Of a DNA stretch of 64,000 nt, positions 30,896 through 40,691 are shown piece after piece. This DNA is from Eggerthellaceae bacterium (GTDB lineage Bacteria > Actinomycetota > Coriobacteriia > Coriobacteriales > Eggerthellaceae), in contig JAFUCE010000049.1 of the NCBI GenBank assembly GCA_017459805.1, positions 2,464-66,463 on the forward strand, written 5' to 3'. How positions within the stretch are numbered: the stretch's first letter is position 1; every line of letters starts with the position of its first letter. Both the position numbers and the translations under genes were made by a program. A model generated the notes under the pieces. That model was not told the DNA's origin. It worked only from the letters and a program-made list of their open reading frames with translations, and did not search any database.

Positions 30896-32986
30896 TTAGG
30901 CGTAGAAAAGAATGTCGTTGTAGGTAGGCACGGGCCAATACTTATAGTCAACAATGCGTTCGAGCGTGTCGATTTCGGAGCGCACCTCTTCCATGGCAGG
31001 CACGACTTCCTTTGCATAGCAATTGGCCTTCTTTTGGCTGTCCTTAATCTTGAGTGCCTTGGCATGCAAATCGTTCAACTTACGATGTGCAAGGTCAACC
31101 TTATGCAGGCCAGTGAGCAGGCGGTCAAGCACCACTTCTTGGTCACGCAGGTTTGCCTTCGGGCTTGCCTCACGCACCGTCGTAATGCCTTTGGCAATCT
31201 TGGTCGCATAGGCATTGATAGCCGGAATAAACATGCGGCGCACCATACGCTCCATCACATTGCTTTCAATATTGATGGTCTTGTTGTACTTGTCCAACTT
31301 CACTTCATAGCGGCTGCGCAATTCCACTTCGGAAAGCACACCCATCTCTTCAAAGAGCGCAATGGACTTGGGTGCCACCAGTGCTGGCAGGGCTTCAGCG
31401 GTGTTGGCGTGATTTGCCAGACCGCGCTTCTTTGCTTCCTTGACCCAGGCTTCGTCATAGCCGTTACCATTAAAGATAATGCGTTGGTGTTTTGTGAGTG
31501 CCTTCTTAATGTAAGCCAGAGCTGCCTCTTCAAACTTGGCACCCTTAAGACCTTTCATGGCGTCAGCAAAGTCCTTACATTCCTTGGCCATGGCGGTATT
31601 AAGGACGGTATTGCAGTCCGAAAGATTAACTTGTGCACCTGGCATGCGGAACTCGAACTTATTACCGGTAAAAGCAAAGGGACTCGTGCGGTTGCGGTCC
31701 GAATTGTCAATCAGGAAGCTGGGCAGCACGTCAACGCCTAAGTCGGTGCGCACTTCAGCTGCCTTCTTATAGGGCTTGTCGTTAATAATGGAGTCCACAA
31801 TAGCACCCAGTTCGTCACCTAAGAAAATGCTCACGATAGCTGGAGGTGCTTCGTTACCGCCCAGGCGATGGTCGTTGCCCGCGGAAGCCACGCTCATGCG
31901 TAACAGCTCTTGGTAGTCATCCACCGCAGCAATAACGCAGGTCAAAAAGACCAAGAAGCGCAGGTTTTGCATAGGCGTTTCACCTGGCTCAAGGAGGTTA
32001 TGCTCGCTCGTTGAAATGGACCAGTTATTGTGCTTGCCCGACCCGTTGATGCCGCGGAAGGGCTTTTCGTGCTGCAGGCATACCAACCCATGATGGCTCG
32101 CAAGCAGGCGCATCTTTTCCATGACGAGCAAGTTTGCGTCTATGGCGCGGTTTGCTTCCGTGTACACACAGGCCAATTCATGTTGGCAGGGCGCCACTTC
32201 ATTATGCTTAGTCTTTGCAGCAATCCCCAGAGCCCAGAGCTCGTCATCGAGCTCCTTCATGAATTCGTTAACAGTAGGCCGAATAGCACCGAAGTAGTGT
32301 TCTTCAAGCTCTTGACCCTTGCAGGGGTCGGCGCCGAACAACGTACGACCGCACAGCATCAGGTCTTGCCGCAGGGCATAGTCCTTTTCGCTAATAAGGA
32401 AGTATTCTTGTTCGCCGCCCACATTGGTATGCACGCGGTGCCCGTCTTCACCAAAGAAGGCCAACACGCGATTGGCTTGTTCAGACAGCACGCCCATGGA
32501 ACGAAGGAGTGGCGTTTTCTTGTCGAGCGCTTCCGTCGTATAACTTGCAAAGGCCGTCGGAATACAGAGAACCTCGTCTTTGATGAAGGCGTAGCTCGTT
32601 GGATCCCAGGCAGTATAGCCACGCGCTTCAAAAGTAGCACGCAGGCCACCGTTAGGAAAGCTCGATGCGTCCGACTCGCGTTTAATGAGTTCCTTACCCG
32701 AAAACTTTACGATAGCCGTGTCGTCACTCACGGGGTCGAGGAAGGCATCGTGCTTTTCGCTCGTAATGCCCGTCAGTGGTTGGAACCAATGTGTGTAGTG
32801 CGTAGCCCCATGTTCCAACGCCCAGTGCATCATGCCGTCGGCAACGGCATCAGCAATCTTGGAGTCTATGGGGCGCCCTTCATGAATGGTGTCCATGAGG
32901 GACTTGAATACCTTTGCGGGAAGGTACTCTTTCATGGCGCGTGGACCAAATACCAGTGTTGCGTAGTTTTCAACAATTTCGGGCAT
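30896..32986 (-). CDS. glnN: glutamine synthetase type III
   Basis: 696 aa with the typical GSIII N-terminus (MPEIVENYATLVFGPRAMKEYLPAKVFKSLMDTIHEG...HWALEHGATHYTHWFQPLTG) and catalytic core. RBS GGGAG. Confidence 0.9.
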   Translation of the reverse strand: MPEIVENYATLVFGPRAMKEYLPAKVFKSLMDTIHEGRPIDSKIADAVADGMMHWALEHGATHYTHWFQPLTGITSEKHDAFLDPVSDDTAIVKFSGKELIKRESDASSFPNGGLRATFEARGYTAWDPTSYAFIKDEVLCIPTAFASYTTEALDKKTPLLRSMGVLSEQANRVLAFFGEDGHRVHTNVGGEQEYFLISEKDYALRQDLMLCGRTLFGADPCKGQELEEHYFGAIRPTVNEFMKELDDELWALGIAAKTKHNEVAPCQHELACVYTEANRAIDANLLVMEKMRLLASHHGLVCLQHEKPFRGINGSGKHNNWSISTSEHNLLEPGETPMQNLRFLVFLTCVIAAVDDYQELLRMSVASAGNDHRLGGNEAPPAIVSIFLGDELGAIVDSIINDKPYKKAAEVRTDLGVDVLPSFLIDNSDRNRTSPFAFTGNKFEFRMPGAQVNLSDCNTVLNTAMAKECKDFADAMKGLKGAKFEEAALAYIKKALTKHQRIIFNGNGYDEAWVKEAKKRGLANHANTAEALPALVAPKSIALFEEMGVLSEVELRSRYEVKLDKYNKTINIESNVMERMVRRMFIPAINAYATKIAKGITTVREASPKANLRDQEVVLDRLLTGLHKVDLAHRKLNDLHAKALKIKDSQKKANCYAKEVVPAMEEVRSEIDTLERIVDYKYWPVPTYNDILFYA

Positions 32987-33055
32987 AAGATGCTCCCTTT
33001 TTCAGTAATTATCTGCTCATATCATAGTATAAATGCGAACCTCTCCCGCAGCATA

Positions 33056-33085
33056 AACAAAAAGCCCGTTCGAAGAACGGGCTTT
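33056..33085 (-). terminator. rho-independent terminator after rpsI
   Basis: On the minus strand AAAGCCCGTTC-TTC-GAACGGGCTTT is followed by TTGTTTAT, about 25 nt after the stop at 33110. Confidence 0.85.
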
Positions 33086-33109
33086 GAAAGTTTGCAATAT
33101 CCGCCAGCT

Positions 33110-33502
33110 TTAACGCTTCGAGAACTGCGGACGCTTGCGGGCCTTCTTCAGACCGTACTTCTTGCGTTCAACCATGCGGCTGTCGCGCGTCAGGAAACCT
33201 GCCTGCTTAAGGTCGTTACGGTATTCACCAGCTTCCAAAAGAGCGCGAGCAATGCCGTGGCGCAAAGCACCTGCCTGCCCAGAAACTCCGCCGCCATTGC
33301 AACGTGCAATAACGTCAAAGTGGTCAACCGTGTCCGTTACCTTAAACGGAGCGCAGGCCATGTCGACAAGCTGCTGCCTGCCGAAGTATTCCAAACCTTC
33401 TTTACCGTTAACGGTAACCTTGCCGCTGCCCGGTACCAAGCGTACGCGTGCGATGGCATTCTTCCTACGGCCGGTGCCGTAATACATTGCTTCACCTGCC
33501 AT
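33110..33502 (-). CDS. rpsI: 30S ribosomal protein S9
   Basis: Track ORF 33110-33523. Start moved to ATG 33500-33502 ([22 protein letters not shown]...), preceded by GGAGGG. Ends ...RKRPQFSKR. Confidence 0.95.
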   Translation of the reverse strand: MAGEAMYYGTGRRKNAIARVRLVPGSGKVTVNGKEGLEYFGRQQLVDMACAPFKVTDTVDHFDVIARCNGGGVSGQAGALRHGIARALLEAGEYRNDLKQAGFLTRDSRMVERKKYGLKKARKRPQFSKR

Positions 33503-33506
33503 AAGA

Positions 33507-33941
33507 CTAGCCCTCCAGTTCAATCTTTACCGGTGCCTGAGCCATATGCGGATGCTCGGGACCTGCGTACACTTTCAGCTTCTTACCCATGGCACGACCA
33601 AGCGTGTTCTTGGGCAGCATGCCCTTAACGGCATGTTCTACCACACGCTCTGGGTGCTTTTCCATAGCCTCTGCAAAGCTTGTCTCCTGCAGACCGCCAG
33701 GGAAACCACTGTGACGGTAATAAGCCTTATCGGCTGCTTTAGTGCCCGTCAGGCGAATCTTGTCGGCATTGATAATGACCACGAAGTCGCCTGTGTCAAC
33801 GTGCGGGGTGTACTGCGGCTTATGCTTGCCCTTCAGAATCGTGGCAGCCTTTGTCGCAACGCGACCAAGCACCTGATCTTCAGCGTCAATCAGGACCCAT
33901 GCGCGCTCAACCTCGCCCGGTTTTGCGTAATAGGTTTTCAC
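33507..33941 (-). CDS. rplM: 50S ribosomal protein L13
   Basis: GTG start preceded by [65 protein letters not shown]... Confidence 0.95.
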   Translation of the reverse strand: MKTYYAKPGEVERAWVLIDAEDQVLGRVATKAATILKGKHKPQYTPHVDTGDFVVIINADKIRLTGTKAADKAYYRHSGFPGGLQETSFAEAMEKHPERVVEHAVKGMLPKNTLGRAMGKKLKVYAGPEHPHMAQAPVKIELEG

Positions 33942-34360
33942 TTACATTCCTCCAATTCACAGAGCGAAGTTTCAGCTTCACTCCTTTTTGAAACAAGGTG
34001 TCACGCACTTTGTTTCATGATGCGTTTTCAAAAGTGCCGGATACAAACGTGGGTTCGGGATCCTACTCCGAACACGGCTCGTCTGTTCTGGACAACAGAT
34101 AAGCCGCTTAGTTGCATATCCGTGCGTTTACGGGGCTTTTGAAAGCAACTTGTGCAGTATACGCCTGTGTTCTGCGCTTTCGCAAGAAAAAACTCTGTGA
34201 ATACACGCAATTTCGCAGTTTGTCCACGAGTGGCTTTGCCCCTTGTGGCTCGCGAGCACCAAGCCACAGCATATAGGGGTAAGAGAAGGGGGCCTTTACG
34301 CATTCCGGAGTAAGAATTGAGCGTTTGCTTTAGCCCTGCGAGTAGCAAGCTTGCAGGCAT

Positions 34361-35977
34361 TTATGACACATAGCCAGAAATTTGCTCCATAAGCGTGGCA
34401 ACCTTGCTTCCCCAAATAGGTGAAGAACAATAGATGTCGCCCGTAGCGGTGAGTGAAGGTGTCGTTGCGAGGCCCGTCTGAGATGTTGCCATGCCCTTGT
34501 GCCATCCTTCAATGGCTTCCTTCCAACTTCCCCACGAAAAAGCGAGGTTGTACGGGTCGCTGTCAGCCGCGCCCCAACCCCAGGCATTATGCGGCTTGAT
34601 GCAATAGCGCCCACCGCTGGATTCCACAATGCTTACCGCAGCGCACAGGCGCGGGTCGACTTTGTACTTGAAAGCCTGGCGCGCCATTTCACTGCCCTGA
34701 CCCTGCAGGGGTGCGCCATGGGCAACGAAGAAACTGTCGATAGCTGGCCCCCACTTGGCCACGAAGTCTTTTTCGCTTAAGGCAAAATCGAGCCCACAAC
34801 CAAAGGAAATAGCACCATCAAGTTGCACAGTAGCATCTACCGCGTCATACCACGCGCCCGCTAAATCCAATGCTTCAGCTCGTACGGCGTTTGAACGCAA
34901 ATCCCAGGTTTGCGCGTCGGCCTTAAGGTCGTCAACACCGGGGATTTCGGAATCAAGCGGAAGCACGTCTTCAATGGCAAGGATACTTTCGTGGCGCGCC
35001 TGGGACGCAAGCTTTTCAATCTCGAAGGCCGCTGTGTTGCCTTGCGCTACAAGCTCTTCAAAATGGCGCTGCGCATCCTGCTGCTTCTGCTTGGCTTCAT
35101 CAATAGCCTTATCAACTTCTTCAATCTGGGCGTCAATGCTGGCAATCTTTTTATCGTTTTCTTTCGCGCGCTGCTTGGCTTCTTCCTTAGCCTCCGCAAA
35201 ACTGGAGGCTAGTTTTTCGAGCAAGTATTCATTTACTTCAGCTTCTGTTACAGAATACTCACCAGTTACAACAGAGGCCAAGTCGATACCAATGCTCAAG
35301 GAAAGTTCCTGGCTTGTCGTAATAAGCTTGTATAGCGCGTCAGACTGTTCAAGATCGGCCTTTTCGAGTTCCTTTTTAAGGGCTTTGCGCTTTTCTACAA
35401 GGTCTTTGCGCTGCACTTCAAGGGGAGCAAAGGCAGCCTTGGCCTTGTCGATGTCTACCTGTGCTTCATCAAGCAATTGGAAGAAGGGTGAAAGCTGTGC
35501 CTGGAGGTCGGGCAGAGCACCCAACATTCCGGCGCTTAATACAGCGCGCTCGTAAGCGGCGTCATAGATAGCCTGAGCCTCTTCAACTCGGGCCACCTGT
35601 TCGGCCAGGTCAATGTCTTCTTGCGTTTCTTCAAAAAATTCTTCGGCGTCGCCAGTTTCTTCACCAATAATGTCGCTTTCGACCACATCAACGGTCATAC
35701 TTTGGCTCAAGGTATCTGCCTCCGCGGCAGCGGCTGCATCCGCGGCAGCGGCTGCATCCGCGGCTGCGCCCGTGTCTGCCTCCGCGGCAGCGGCCGCATC
35801 CGCGGCTGCGCCCGTGTCTGTCTCCGCGGCAGCGGCCGCACTCGAGCTACTGCTTTCGTCGGCCAAGGCATGCGCGGGCGCCAACGCGAGTATGCCAAGC
35901 AGCGTGCAAAACACGAGTCCAAGCAGGCACAAAGCACCTGCCGCTGAAGACAAGACTGTAGTATATGACTTACGCAC
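34361..35977 (-). CDS. secreted coiled-coil protein with Ala-rich repeats and a C-terminal lysozyme/glucosaminidase-like domain (function tentative)
   Basis: GTG start 5 nt after the SPFH gene stop. Signal peptide ...LALAPAHALA, repeat AAAAAEADTGAAADAAAAA, and a long heptad region. The C-terminus AVSIVESSGGRYCIKPHNAWGWG resembles the catalytic-Glu motif of muramidase/glucosaminidase folds. Confidence 0.65.
   Translation of the reverse strand: MRKSYTTVLSSAAGALCLLGLVFCTLLGILALAPAHALADESSSSSAAAAAETDTGAAADAAAAAEADTGAAADAAAAADAAAAAEADTLSQSMTVDVVESDIIGEETGDAEEFFEETQEDIDLAEQVARVEEAQAIYDAAYERAVLSAGMLGALPDLQAQLSPFFQLLDEAQVDIDKAKAAFAPLEVQRKDLVEKRKALKKELEKADLEQSDALYKLITTSQELSLSIGIDLASVVTGEYSVTEAEVNEYLLEKLASSFAEAKEEAKQRAKENDKKIASIDAQIEEVDKAIDEAKQKQQDAQRHFEELVAQGNTAAFEIEKLASQARHESILAIEDVLPLDSEIPGVDDLKADAQTWDLRSNAVRAEALDLAGAWYDAVDATVQLDGAISFGCGLDFALSEKDFVAKWGPAIDSFFVAHGAPLQGQGSEMARQAFKYKVDPRLCAAVSIVESSGGRYCIKPHNAWGWGAADSDPYNLAFSWGSWKEAIEGWHKGMATSQTGLATTPSLTATGDIYCSSPIWGSKVATLMEQISGYVS
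35716..35840 (-). repeat. GC-rich in-frame tandem repeat encoding Ala/Asp/Thr/Gly-rich units
   Basis: ctgcctccgcggcagcggc(t/c)gcatccgcgg(c)... recurs with period about 45 nt (15 aa): EADTGAAADAAAAA x2, plus partial copies. Confidence 0.8.
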
Positions 35978-35982
35978 TATGG

Positions 35983-36924
35983 CTAGCCTTGTGCCTGGTC
36001 GTCCTGGTTGCCGAAGGCGGCATTTTCTGCCACCAACATCTGTTGGAACATGGAACGGCTCTGGTTAAAGTCGCTTGGCAAAACAACGGTAGTAGCATTG
36101 CCGCGCTTGGCAAAGTCGGTCATCATTTCGGTCCACTGGGTGTAAAGGAAGAGCTCGTTCGCTTCCTGTTCAGACACGCCCGAACTTGCAATGGTGTCAA
36201 GCGATTCCTTGATGCCCTTCGCAATGGCAATACGCTGGGCAGCGATACCGTTACCCGTCTTTTCCATGGCTTCAGCTTCTGCCTGCGCTTCGGTTACGCG
36301 CTTAATTTTCGCAGCGTTAGCTAAGCTTTGGGCCGCCTGTTGCTGGCGCTGCGCGGCGTTGATGTCGTTCATGGACTGTTCGACATCCTTCGGCAGCTGG
36401 ATGCCTGTAATGAGGGTGGAAACCAAGGTCCAACCATAGCCTGCCATGGTCTGCGAAACCGTCGCGTTCACGTCGTTGGCAATGTTGTCCTTCTTTTCGA
36501 ACACTTCGTCGAGCGTGTAATTCGGTATGGACGAACGAAGGGCGTCGGCGAGGTAGTCGCGCATCTGTTCAATAGGCTGGGCCAGCATATAGTAGCTGCG
36601 ATAAATGCCCGATTCCTGCGGTGCGTTGCCCCAATTGTAGTCCACGTGGTACTGCGCCGAAACGTCCAGCACGATGGTCACGTTGTCCGACGTCTTTGCG
36701 TCAATCTGAAAGCCCTCCTTCATGGTACGCAGGGACACACGCGTTACCTTGCGGTCGATGAAGGGAATCTTGGCACGCCAGCCAGGGTTTGCGATGCGAT
36801 GGAACTTACCCAGGCGCTCAATGATAATAGCCTCCTGTTGGCGCACGATAAAGAAGATGCTCCTGCCGAAAAACAGCAAGAACAAGATAATCAGAATGAG
36901 AAACGTAAGTATTCCGCCAATCAT
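35983..36924 (-). CDS. SPFH/band-7 (stomatin/prohibitin-like) membrane protein
   Basis: N-terminal TM helix, then FIVRQQEAIIIERLGKFHRIANPGWRAKIPFIDR... and an Ala/Gln-rich coiled region. RBS AAGGAAA. Confidence 0.9.
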   Translation of the reverse strand: MIGGILTFLILIILFLLFFGRSIFFIVRQQEAIIIERLGKFHRIANPGWRAKIPFIDRKVTRVSLRTMKEGFQIDAKTSDNVTIVLDVSAQYHVDYNWGNAPQESGIYRSYYMLAQPIEQMRDYLADALRSSIPNYTLDEVFEKKDNIANDVNATVSQTMAGYGWTLVSTLITGIQLPKDVEQSMNDINAAQRQQQAAQSLANAAKIKRVTEAQAEAEAMEKTGNGIAAQRIAIAKGIKESLDTIASSGVSEQEANELFLYTQWTEMMTDFAKRGNATTVVLPSDFNQSRSMFQQMLVAENAAFGNQDDQAQG

Positions 36925-37036
36925 GCGTTTTCCTTTCCTTTTGCTTACTCATATAGCATAGCGTACTTCGCACTTTTCCTTGATGCCTTCACCAATCTGT
37001 TACACGAAATGAACGCGGCAAAATGAAACGCGAGCT

Positions 37037-37717
37037 TTATGCCGGTAAGCAGGACTCGACCACCGCTTCAAGCAGGGCCGCGTGAAAGAGCAGGTGGGCA
37101 TTGGTGCTGGCTTTGCTGATAGCCTGCGCTATACCGAAGGCAGTATCGGCCAAGTGCATGTTCACGAACGAGTTGCGCAGACTAATCCAATCGTGTGCAC
37201 TTGCTGCATCCTGGCCTTTCCACGCCTGGTATTCAGCTGCCGTAACGTAGGCTGCGTAATCGAGCTCGCACACTATATGGTCGGCTGGCTCATGCTTTCC
37301 CTGCTGTACCCGCAAACCAAGATCACGAAAAAGCGCATCCACCACAGCGCGCTCGCTTTGGCGCGCGGCAAGCGACCCGCCACTTTGCACCCAGCGAGTG
37401 CCAACGAGCGGAATAATGCGGGGCATGGAATAAAAGAGTCGCGTATGTTCCACGCGCAGGCTATGAGCACGGCTTTCAGCGTCTTGCATTGCTGCATCGT
37501 TAAAGCGCAAGGCAGCGTCAAACAAGCTGTCGGATTCGAGGGCCACCAGTTCAGACAGGTCAATGGCCTGCAGTAAAAACGACTGTGAGGTCAGCCATCT
37601 CGCCCGTTCATGGGTGGGGTAAGAAAATGCGTGTGCAAGCAAAAGGAAGAGGTGCGCCAAGGCATCCGTTCGCGACGTGGCCTGTGCATCAAGTGAAAGA
37701 GTGCGGGCATGTTCCAC
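37037..37717 (-). CDS. TorD/DmsD-family redox-enzyme maturation chaperone (copy 1)
   Basis: GTG start preceded by GGAGGAG. ALAHLFLLLAHAFSYP..., ...EPADHIVCELDYAAYV is the typical TorD-family signature. Confidence 0.7.
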   Translation of the reverse strand: MEHARTLSLDAQATSRTDALAHLFLLLAHAFSYPTHERARWLTSQSFLLQAIDLSELVALESDSLFDAALRFNDAAMQDAESRAHSLRVEHTRLFYSMPRIIPLVGTRWVQSGGSLAARQSERAVVDALFRDLGLRVQQGKHEPADHIVCELDYAAYVTAAEYQAWKGQDAASAHDWISLRNSFVNMHLADTAFGIAQAISKASTNAHLLFHAALLEAVVESCLPA

Positions 37718-37759
37718 GAAACTCCTCCTCTTTTGCAGACGCGCATTCCCTGCGAAGCC

Positions 37760-38590
37760 TTAGGCAAACAAGTACAAACAGCTTTCGATGGCAGCCACCA
37801 AGGTTTCGCGCTGCTCCGCCCCAACGCGTTCAAAAGCTTGTAAAATCTTAGCGCGCAAACGGTCCAGAATCAACGCAGCGCGGTCCCTGCCCTCTTCAGT
37901 AATGGTTACCTCTACTGCGCGGCGAACAAGATGCTTTTCTTCCAGCACATCAAGGACCGAAGCCGCTATACTTCCTCCCGCAGAAACCCCAAGACGTCTT
38001 CGGATCGCTTCTTCGCTTAAACCCTGGGGAAATACACGCAGAGCGCAGAGCACAACAAATTCCGACACCGACATGTCAAGACGCGTGCACTCCTGGACTA
38101 AGTACTGGTTCGCAAAACAAAGGATGCGCAAAGGGTAGCTGGGGATAATACCGGCAGCCACCCGGGATGGGTCCTGTGCCTGGAGGGCGTGAAGCTGGGC
38201 AACGAATTGTTCAAAGCGCGCTTCAGTAATGCGTGCCGTGCTATCTACCAGGGAAAACGCAAAAGCTTCATCTATGGCGTTGATGCGGTTGTGCCCTTTG
38301 AGCGTGGCATGGATAGCAAACTTGCGGCGGTCTTGTTCCAGGCGCCTGCGTTCGACCAATTCCTTTTCTTCCAGAAGCGCAATCGAATGGTCGCAATTGC
38401 CCCAAAGCAGCCCGTAGGATTCTTGGACACCCTGCAAGGAAAAACCCTGGGGCATTTCTGCTATTTCGGTCAGCAGCGCATATTCGAGGGGGCCCATGTC
38501 GCCTATATGCAGGCATACCGCTTCAATGCTGGTATACAAATAATGCAGCACGATATAACTTTTATAATCGTCAAGAACTGGTTCGCCCAT
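37760..38590 (-). CDS. transcriptional regulator with two tandem MarR-like winged-helix domains
   Basis: First wHTH ...LLEEKELVERRRLEQDRRKFAIHATLKGH. Second ...LDVLEEKHLVRRAVEVTITEEGRD. 276 aa. Confidence 0.6.
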   Translation of the reverse strand: MGEPVLDDYKSYIVLHYLYTSIEAVCLHIGDMGPLEYALLTEIAEMPQGFSLQGVQESYGLLWGNCDHSIALLEEKELVERRRLEQDRRKFAIHATLKGHNRINAIDEAFAFSLVDSTARITEARFEQFVAQLHALQAQDPSRVAAGIIPSYPLRILCFANQYLVQECTRLDMSVSEFVVLCALRVFPQGLSEEAIRRRLGVSAGGSIAASVLDVLEEKHLVRRAVEVTITEEGRDRAALILDRLRAKILQAFERVGAEQRETLVAAIESCLYLFA

Positions 38591-38644
38591 GTAAAGCCTT
38601 TGGTCTTTGTACTTGTTATTGTAGCAATTCGGCGGAGGAAAACC

Positions 38645-39961
38645 TTAGGCATGCAACCAGGTATACATTTGATTGCGAATCCGCCCCGCAACTTTTTTAG
38701 CATCGGGTTCGTTTGCACACAGTATGCAAAGGTCCCCCGTTCCTTCACGCGCGGGGAGCCCACAGCGTTTGCACGCATGCGCGGGCCACTGCATGCAAAC
38801 TTGTTCATCAAAGGGCTGTTCAAGATTTTGATAGTCTCGCGACAAGGCGTGCGAAGGGCAGGCCTCAATGCACAAGCCACAATTGGTGCAGCGCCCTGGC
38901 GTATGGCCATAGGTAAACACTCCATCCTTAAGATCATGTTGAATGGTTCCCGTCGGACAAAGCTGCATGCACACTCCGCATGCCTTACAAAGACCTTCAT
39001 CGACCGTTTGCTTTGGCCACGGGAAATGCCCGGGATGATTCGGCTTGTTGGAACGCCACAACTCTTCAAGACGCATGCGCCATAAAGGAACATGTCGACG
39101 CTTTGCCTGCAGTTTCAAGGATGCACTTGCGCGACGTCGACGTTCTGCTTCACGCTTGCGGCGTCGCCCATGAAAGAGGGCACGAACCGACGACTTGATA
39201 GTGTCGGACAGGTCGGAAGAGTGAAGTGCGTCAGACACAGCCGTGGAATTGGATGAGTCGGAGGAGCTGGACGCGTCGGGTACATCTGATGCATCAAGTA
39301 TGTCGGACGCGTCGGGCGCGTCGGTTGCACGGGCGGTGCAGGATTGTTGTTCGCCTGGTTGGAGACCTTCAGCCAAAGCGCCTACAGCGGCAGCATCCCC
39401 TTCATCTTCAGACAAAAACAGCGGACTGCTTTCACGCAGGTTGGCTGCCCGCCCCCAGTCCGCCAATAAAGCAGCCGCTATCTGTTCGTTGCACTGCAGC
39501 GTTGGCCACACCCGTCCATAGAGCTGGCATTCCTTGCAACGATCAACCACAAGCACGCATTGCCGAGAAAAGGCCATTTCCGCCAGAGCGCCTGGCGTAA
39601 TTGCCGCCAAGCAGGCCCCCAGCTGATAGTCCTGGCCAGCATCCATAACCTCCGCATCCCCATAAGGCATAAAACAACGAAGTCGCAAGGGGTTGATATG
39701 TTCCACGCGTCCCAGCAGCTTCCGTTCGCTAAAGCGCGGTGAAGAAAAGGCATCCAGGGGGCATGCCGAAAGGCACTGACCGCAGTTCACGCAATTGTCG
39801 AGATTAAGCTGAGGGATTGGCTCCTGGCTGTCAAAGAAAATCGAGTCGGAAGGACAGGAGTCGGCGCACAAGCTGCATTCAGCCCACACGCTGCGCACAT
39901 GCAAACAGCGGCTCGCATCAAAGCTGATTTCAATACCGATGGCTCGGTCGCCTTTTGCCAC
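38645..39961 (-). CDS. cytoplasmic polyferredoxin (multiple 4Fe-4S motifs) with an internal Asp/Ser/Ala low-complexity insert
   Basis: GTG start preceded by GGGAG and no signal peptide. CxxCxxCxxxCP motifs: CVNCGQCLSACP, CKACGVCMQLCP, CTNCGLCIEACP. Also CSLCADSCP, a CKECQ cluster and a C-terminal CKRC...CILC. The insert reads DAPDASDILDASDVPDASSSSDSSNS. Confidence 0.8.
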   Translation of the reverse strand: MAKGDRAIGIEISFDASRCLHVRSVWAECSLCADSCPSDSIFFDSQEPIPQLNLDNCVNCGQCLSACPLDAFSSPRFSERKLLGRVEHINPLRLRCFMPYGDAEVMDAGQDYQLGACLAAITPGALAEMAFSRQCVLVVDRCKECQLYGRVWPTLQCNEQIAAALLADWGRAANLRESSPLFLSEDEGDAAAVGALAEGLQPGEQQSCTARATDAPDASDILDASDVPDASSSSDSSNSTAVSDALHSSDLSDTIKSSVRALFHGRRRKREAERRRRASASLKLQAKRRHVPLWRMRLEELWRSNKPNHPGHFPWPKQTVDEGLCKACGVCMQLCPTGTIQHDLKDGVFTYGHTPGRCTNCGLCIEACPSHALSRDYQNLEQPFDEQVCMQWPAHACKRCGLPAREGTGDLCILCANEPDAKKVAGRIRNQMYTWLHA

Positions 39962-40040
39962 AAGCGGCTCCCATTCACGTCTGACAAGCGCGCTCTCTAT
40001 TATCTAGCAAACTGAGCTTTTGCAAAAGGCTTTTTAGATA

Positions 40041-40667
40041 CTAAAACTCGTTCAGAAAAACACCCATGAGTGCCGCAAGGGCCCGGTAGTATGGTGTCTG
40101 AGCTTCGCGCTGCACGTCCTCGCAAAAGCCCGGTGCCCACTTCAGCATGTGGTCGTCCATAAAGTCGCCCAACAGTTCAATATTGTCCTTACCCATTTCA
40201 GCAAGATATTCAGGGCCGTTGGCCAAGAAGGCCGCAAAGTCACATTCGTTTTCAATGTAGTCGATGCAGTCGTTGTATTGCTGCTGGCGCTTTACCCCAC
40301 ATTCACGCATGAAGTCAGCAACTTCGTTGGTGTAGCGGTTAATCATTCGAACCGTGTCGCGGCCTTCGGCGCGGAAACGCCAGAGGCCTTCGGTGTTGGT
40401 TACCCGCGGCTTGTCACCCATATACATGTGCGCCCAGTCGATACGCAATTCATGGAGAACTTCTTCGGCATCGCGCCCGCGGTATTCCTGCATCGTGGTA
40501 AGAAAGCTGTCGATGGCATCGTCGGGCAAGGAAAGGGCACGCCAGGTGGTCGCCATGTCGTCTGCCAAGGTTCCTTCGACTATTACCTTTACTATTTGTT
40601 GAGTAGCGGGAGTAAAAGCAACCGAAAACAGTTTGAACATATTACCAAGATAACTTGCTTCAGACAC
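40041..40667 (-). CDS. TorD/DmsD-family redox-enzyme maturation chaperone (copy 2)
   Basis: Track ORF 40041-40691 (TTG start). The preferred start is GTG 40665-40667, preceded by AGGAAGGAAG. YLGNMFKLFSVAFTPAT..., ...CDFAAFLANGPEYL... Confidence 0.7.
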   Translation of the reverse strand: MSEASYLGNMFKLFSVAFTPATQQIVKVIVEGTLADDMATTWRALSLPDDAIDSFLTTMQEYRGRDAEEVLHELRIDWAHMYMGDKPRVTNTEGLWRFRAEGRDTVRMINRYTNEVADFMRECGVKRQQQYNDCIDYIENECDFAAFLANGPEYLAEMGKDNIELLGDFMDDHMLKWAPGFCEDVQREAQTPYYRALAALMGVFLNEF

Positions 40668-40691
40668 GTTTCTCTTCCTTCCTATTTGCAA

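Noticed and set aside
32030-33628. 532-aa plus-strand ORF
   Set aside because: It lies entirely antisense to glnN, rpsI and rplM, which have unmistakable protein signatures. The sequence is Arg/Ala/His-rich and typical of a shadow ORF in GC-rich DNA.
34055-34085. tRNA-like T-arm (GTGGGTTCGGGATCCTAC)
   Set aside because: No matching acceptor-stem 5' strand, D-arm or anticodon arm can be found in the preceding ~70 nt on either strand.
38189-39093. 298-aa (+) and 196-aa (-) ORFs overlapping the wHTH regulator and polyferredoxin genes
   Set aside because: These are alternative frames of regions already explained by ORFs with clear MarR-like and CxxCxxCxxxCP motifs. They have no RBS or motif support.
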